Positions 59,837-64,000 of a DNA stretch of 64,000 bases are shown piece by piece. A program made the position numbers and the translations under genes. Source of the DNA: Candidatus Woesebacteria bacterium (GTDB lineage: Bacteria; Patescibacteriota; Microgenomatia; UBA8517); contig CP066686.1 in assembly GCA_016432365.1 (NCBI GenBank), positions 346,906 through 410,905 on the forward strand, given 5' to 3'. The notes beneath the pieces are model-generated. The model had not been told where the DNA came from and did not search any database. It saw nothing but the letters and a program-made list of their open reading frames with translations. Numbering within the stretch: the first letter of the stretch is position 1; every line of letters begins with the position of its first letter.

Positions 59837-59939
59837 TTGTGACGGTCACACCCTTTCGACTAAATATTAGCCGGAAGAGAGTGACTGTTACAGCAGAAAC
59901 TGAAGCTGTGATGGCATATATCTACAAAAGGAGATCACT

Positions 59940-60869
59940 ATGGACGAAACCAAAAGCACTGATTTGAGCATTGTGCCTGTAAAGCCCGATGCCGCATTGG
60001 TGGCCACCCTTACTCACGAATTCGACTTCGTCGGCGCGAGTGGGGCGAATTACGAGGCCTACAGTCTTGGTGGCAAGCCGTTGGTGGAAACACCGACTTT
60101 CAAGTTGGCTATCACCAAACTTCCGTCCGGCCAGTTTGGCTTGACGATGATTGCGTCCGAACCCAAGCACAATTGGCGGATCGAAACACAACAGCATGTT
60201 CTGCATACCTTGCAGGAAATGGCTGCGTTTGAAGACGCTGAGACAAAAGGCGATAAGCCTTTCTTCGGCGCACTTTTCCCCACCATGGTAGATACCATGG
60301 ACACGGGCGAGGACAATCCTCGGGCCGGGCTTGTAATGGGTTTCCATCCGGAAATCGCAAGCTACAAGCAGCTGGTTCCGCTCTCGGTTGTTCTCAAAGG
60401 CGGCAAACGCGTCGATCTTCAGACCAGTGTTTGGATGCTAAGTAAGGCCCTCAAGCTCCTGGACTTTGTCCACGCAATGGGTTTCGCGATCAACTGGATC
60501 GATGAGGATAATTACCTGATCGAGACTGCCCGCCACGGCGTTTTCATCCTGAATTGGATGGAATCGATCGAGGAAGCATCGGTTGATGAGCAGAAGACCG
60601 ACATCAAGGACCTTGCCAATCTCGTTTGGCGCGCTGCTGGCGGCACGGACAAATCGAATCCCCCTCATGACGAAAAGATCATGGACAAGGCCGGATACGA
60701 CAAGTTCGTCGCCTTTTTGAAGCGCTTGATGAGCGAGCCGGATACGGCTGGCAATGAAATGGACGCGCTCCTTGCGCTGGCCGATTCGATCTGGGAACGG
60801 ACTGCTTTCCCCGGCGTTCGCACGCCCGATGGCAAGAAGCGTCCTTTCCATGAATTCGTTACGTACTAG
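59940..60869 (+). CDS. hypothetical protein (309 aa) encoded in the GC-rich cassette
   Basis: strong SD (AAAGGAG 7 nt upstream of the ATG), coding-like composition at about 56% GC; weak resemblance of HAMGFAINWIDEDN to a degenerate kinase catalytic loop. Confidence 0.55.
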   Translation: MDETKSTDLSIVPVKPDAALVATLTHEFDFVGASGANYEAYSLGGKPLVETPTFKLAITKLPSGQFGLTMIASEPKHNWRIETQQHVLHTLQEMAAFEDAETKGDKPFFGALFPTMVDTMDTGEDNPRAGLVMGFHPEIASYKQLVPLSVVLKGGKRVDLQTSVWMLSKALKLLDFVHAMGFAINWIDEDNYLIETARHGVFILNWMESIEEASVDEQKTDIKDLANLVWRAAGGTDKSNPPHDEKIMDKAGYDKFVAFLKRLMSEPDTAGNEMDALLALADSIWERTAFPGVRTPDGKKRPFHEFVTY

Positions 60870-60878
60870 GAGGTCGAA

Positions 60879-62027
60879 ATGAAGACAGAAGACACTGCAA
60901 TGTTCAATACGAAAAAGTATGAATCCACTGTGGAAGCAATGCGCTCCCGCGGCGAAGAGGTTCATGCCAAAGGCCGTGAGATTTATCGCCGGACCAAGCG
61001 TATGGATCCTCTGGTTGATGTCAACGGCAAGCTCCGCTTGTCCCACAACTCGTTCAAAAAAGTTGATGGCAAGCCAGTGCTCGTCAACGGCCCAGCCCTG
61101 CCGATCTGGTCCGGGTTCGATGGAACCGGTTCGATGGGTGAAAATGCCGGCCGCGCACACGCTGCACTCGCGGAAATCAACGCGATGCTCAATGGAATCC
61201 GCGGAACCTACAATCCGCAACTCGCGACATCGGTAATTCAGGATGTGGATGACCCCCACCCTGTCTTCCAGATGTCCCAGTTTGAGCCTGATGAACGGAT
61301 CGCAGAGCAAATTCGTCTGCTGATCCCCGACGGCGCTGGTGGCGATGAGACCGAAGACTACCAGCTTGCGCTGGCCTATCTCATGTTGGCGACCGATTTC
61401 GATATCGCCAACTTCTATGGCCTCAAGGGCTATGGATTCATCGTTGGTGATGAAATCGGGCGCGAAGACGTGACCGTGAAAGATGTCGAAAAACATCTCG
61501 GCCACAAGCTTCAGAGCAAAATGACCACCAAGGCTGTTGCCAAGGAACTGGCCAAGAAGATGCATCTCTTCTACATCCACGTTCAACTTGGGCATAGCCA
61601 TGGCCATTCACCTGCCTGGTGGCAAGACAAATTCGGCGCCGGCCATGTCGTGGTCGCGACTGACGTCAGCCTCTTGGCTGAACTTCAGGCCGGGCTCATC
61701 TACGTGACCGAAACTCTCGAACCGACCGAAGCTGGTCTCTTCGAATTTCTGTCGGCTGGTGGATCGAACAAGCATGCTACCAAGAGCGCAGTTGCCAAGG
61801 TCTGGTCTTGGATCACTGAAGCCGGCGTTCCTTTCGGCGCTCAGGTCAAGCTTGCCGGTTACAAAGACCTTCCCAAACCGGGAGACGTCTTTGAGAACAT
61901 CCGTCATCAGTGGCCCGTCGGTCACAAACGCTTCGCTGAGAATGTGATCGCCCCCGAGGCGACCGTCACCGAAGTGCACGTCAGCTCTCCCAAGAGCGAA
62001 AAACCCGATTGGTCTCGCTTCGGCTAG
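60879..62027 (+). CDS. vWA/MIDAS-like domain protein (382 aa) encoded in the GC-rich cassette
   Basis: strong SD (TAGGAGGT), DGTGSMG (DxTxS MIDAS-like) followed by a LLIPDGAGGDETED region reminiscent of the vWA TDG motif. Confidence 0.5.
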   Translation: MKTEDTAMFNTKKYESTVEAMRSRGEEVHAKGREIYRRTKRMDPLVDVNGKLRLSHNSFKKVDGKPVLVNGPALPIWSGFDGTGSMGENAGRAHAALAEINAMLNGIRGTYNPQLATSVIQDVDDPHPVFQMSQFEPDERIAEQIRLLIPDGAGGDETEDYQLALAYLMLATDFDIANFYGLKGYGFIVGDEIGREDVTVKDVEKHLGHKLQSKMTTKAVAKELAKKMHLFYIHVQLGHSHGHSPAWWQDKFGAGHVVVATDVSLLAELQAGLIYVTETLEPTEAGLFEFLSAGGSNKHATKSAVAKVWSWITEAGVPFGAQVKLAGYKDLPKPGDVFENIRHQWPVGHKRFAENVIAPEATVTEVHVSSPKSEKPDWSRFG

Positions 62028-62035
62028 ATCGTCTG

Positions 62036-62051
62036 AACTGTAACACTCTTT
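62036..62051. repeat. imperfect direct repeat (right copy) flanking the GC-rich cassette
   Basis: matches 59823-59836. Confidence 0.3.
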
Positions 62052-62062
62052 TCGTGTACCCA

Positions 62063-62098
62063 CTCGCATCCTTTGGGGTGGGTACACGATCTTGCATA
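62063..62098 (+). terminator. perfect 11-bp stem hairpin (CGTGTACCCAC-N14-GTGGGTACACG) immediately after the cassette
   Basis: read directly; no strong T-run follows, so it may equally be a protein-binding site. Confidence 0.4.
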
Positions 62099-62232
62099 AG
62101 ATCTTTAATTTTTGAAACGACGTCATTGCGATGTCAATTTATTCGAAAATTAGAAAGATCCATGCAAGAAACTAACCCTCTTCCGATGTGTGTCGGAACC
62201 GATGAGCCCCAAAGGGCGAAAGGGATAATAAA

Positions 62233-63657
62233 ATGGAAAGACAAACTGCCATTGTAACAGGACTAGGCATTGGCGATGAAGCCAAGGGTGCGACAGTTGA
62301 GTGGCTTACACGCCAGCTCAATGCTCATACCAATCTCCGATCCGGCGGACCTCAGGGCGGGGCTCATATATCAAGAATCGACGGACGTGAGCAGATGTTT
62401 TCGCAATTTGGAGCCGGTACTTTTGAGGGAGCAAAAACACATCTTCTGCACATGGTGGTTAGCCCCTGGGATCTTTTCAACGAAGCAGTGGATCTTGAAA
62501 AAAATGGCGTGGAAAAACCACTCGAACGAATAACAATCGATTCAGAAAGTTTAATCCTTACCCCGTATCACAGCGCAATTAGCAGATTTAGGGAAATTAT
62601 GCGTGATGAGAAAAAAGGAACGGTGGGTAAGGGTGTAGGGGAAGCGATTCGCGACTCTAAAAATCCGGAACTTTCAATCCGGGCGTGGGAATTCTTCGAA
62701 CCCAAGGAAACACTTGCGCGTAAAGTTGAAGCGATCAGATCTTCCAAATATTCAGAGGCTCTGGAAATAATTAGACAAAAAAACGGAAAGGAAATGCCCG
62801 GGGCGGCTCAAATGGAACTAAACATTCTTCTTAATAGGAGACTGGTTGGGCAAACTGTAGACATGTTTTCTTATATGGCCGGTTTGGTTAAGATAGTTGA
62901 CCGTTCTTATCTGGACGACATTCTAAATCTTCCCGGATCGATTGTGGCGGAATCGTCACAGGCCGCACTTCTGGACCCCAGAATTGGCTTTGTGCCCCAT
63001 GTTACTCAGGTTGATACTACAGGAAGAAGGGTTATTAATACGCTTAAGGATCATGATTACAGAGGAAAAGTAATTCGGCTTGGGGTAAGCCGCACCTATA
63101 TGATAAGGCACGGTGCCGGTCCTTTTGTAAGTTATAGTCCGGAAATGACAAAAACGCTCCCTGAAGCTCATAATGCAAATCCCGTAGACACTCCATGGTC
63201 GGGTGAATTCAAAAGAGGGCATTACGATGTGGTTGCCATGAAATATGCGATTGATGCAACGGGCGGGAGGCGTGCGTACGACGGATTGGTTATAAATTTC
63301 ATGGATATTTTGAAAGATAGAAAGGAATGGGATGTGTGTGTAGCCTATGATTATGACGGCGATAAACACGATTTAGAAGATTTCTTTGTAGTTGAAAATG
63401 GTCTGATCCGAGGTATAAAAGTTCACCATGATGACGGTAGCTCGGCCCATCTCAATCACCTGGCTCAACTCACAAAACTACTCGCCAAAAGTCATCCCGT
63501 TTTAACTACATTAAAAGCTGAGGACAGCAAATCTCTTTCGGAAGTGTTTATAGATTTCGTTGAATCTAGCCTTGAAGTTCCTGTGGTTGCTACCGCCGAC
63601 GGGCCTTACGTTGAAGATAGGCATATCCGATCGGGACACGAAAATTCATTTGGTTGA
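62233..63657 (+). CDS. adenylosuccinate synthetase family protein, divergent PurA-like
   Basis: by-eye alignment to E. coli PurA: GIGDEAKG (GDEGKGK), GGPQGGAH (GGHNAGH), GTVGKGVGEA (TTGRGIGPA), SSQAALLD (GAQGTLLD), HGAGPF (VGAGPF); the GTP P-loop is degenerate. Confidence 0.55.
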   Translation: MERQTAIVTGLGIGDEAKGATVEWLTRQLNAHTNLRSGGPQGGAHISRIDGREQMFSQFGAGTFEGAKTHLLHMVVSPWDLFNEAVDLEKNGVEKPLERITIDSESLILTPYHSAISRFREIMRDEKKGTVGKGVGEAIRDSKNPELSIRAWEFFEPKETLARKVEAIRSSKYSEALEIIRQKNGKEMPGAAQMELNILLNRRLVGQTVDMFSYMAGLVKIVDRSYLDDILNLPGSIVAESSQAALLDPRIGFVPHVTQVDTTGRRVINTLKDHDYRGKVIRLGVSRTYMIRHGAGPFVSYSPEMTKTLPEAHNANPVDTPWSGEFKRGHYDVVAMKYAIDATGGRRAYDGLVINFMDILKDRKEWDVCVAYDYDGDKHDLEDFFVVENGLIRGIKVHHDDGSSAHLNHLAQLTKLLAKSHPVLTTLKAEDSKSLSEVFIDFVESSLEVPVVATADGPYVEDRHIRSGHENSFG

Positions 63658-64000
63658 TGTCAGGTCGGGCAGGAAAACCTTGCTAAGAAATAAAAGCGAA
63701 GCTATTTGTCTGTATCCAGAATCCCAAAAGTCACTTTTCCAATCGATTAGATTTGAATGTGTAGTTCCTTCCTCTTTTTTCGACGGATATAATTTTCTGT
63801 AACCTTTGTGCATTATCCGGAATTGTAGGACGTCCAATTCGAGCATAAGCAAAAGTTTTGTCCTAACCAAATCTTTTTGATCTCCGAACCTTTCCAAATT
63901 GAGGTATTTTTCCATCAAGTCCTGCCTGAATTTTGTAAGTTCCCTACCAAACCCTATCCAAACTCCACCAAATAGGAAGTGAATTTGTTCGGCCCCTATT

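Noticed and set aside
60438-61607. 389-aa minus-strand ORF antisense to the GC-rich cassette genes; also 61608..62126(-) and 59922..60347(-)
   Set aside because: They lie in a 55-58% GC segment where long antisense ORFs arise by chance. They lack Shine-Dalgarno sequences. The plus-strand genes have strong SDs and coding-like composition.
1-64000. CRISPR array / cas genes
   Set aside because: No regularly spaced direct repeats of 25-40 bp were seen anywhere in the window. The only tandem repeats are 18-bp in-frame coding repeats.

Overview
This 64 kb window looks like a low-GC (about 38-42%) bacterial chromosome with small, tightly packed genes. Several features suggest a Candidate Phyla Radiation/Patescibacteria-like organism, though that is inference only: a class-I (archaeal-type) lysyl-tRNA synthetase, a NadM-type NMN adenylyltransferase, tandem GH130 glycoside phosphorylases, a SET-domain gene, and many small secreted or membrane proteins.

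The housekeeping content I can support from motifs is:
- a RecJ C-terminal portion (5' truncated by the window);
- a T-box leader followed by a class-IIb aspartyl-tRNA synthetase (AsnRS not excluded);
- a PBP5-type D-Ala-D-Ala carboxypeptidase, GluRS, and a MacAB-like ABC efflux triad;
- MltG, Lon, DgkA and a PAP2 phosphatase;
- an L,D-transpeptidase next to a VanW-like gene;
- a nadC-nadA-nadB de novo NAD operon plus a distant nadM and two NrtR-like Nudix regulators;
- a P-type ATPase, GreA, class-I LysRS, dCTP deaminase, RarA, an MsbA-like ABC exporter and a PurA-like protein.

Two tRNAs are present: tRNA-Gln(CUG) on the minus strand and tRNA-Glu(CUC) on the plus strand. Both are flanked by partial copies of their own ends, which reads as integration scars.

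The most unusual locus is a sharply GC-rich (about 55-58%) two-gene cassette at about 59.9-62.05 kb. It encodes an unknown 309-aa protein and a predicted vWA/MIDAS-like 382-aa protein. Both genes have strong Shine-Dalgarno sequences. The cassette is bracketed by imperfect direct repeats, is preceded by a TGTGAC-G-GTCACA palindrome, and ends in an 11-bp stem hairpin. It is immediately followed by a divergent adenylosuccinate-synthetase-family gene. I read this as a horizontally acquired, possibly undescribed module.

Other notable signals are:
- a CIRCE-like operator in front of lon;
- a perfect 20-bp palindrome over the gltX promoter;
- a GraL-like promoter-plus-terminator leader in front of greA;
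- a quasi-palindromic run of ACTAGT sites at the macA/macB junction;
- a SET-domain gene with a GIY-YIG nuclease gene immediately downstream.

No CRISPR array, rRNA or recognisable transposase/integrase was found.
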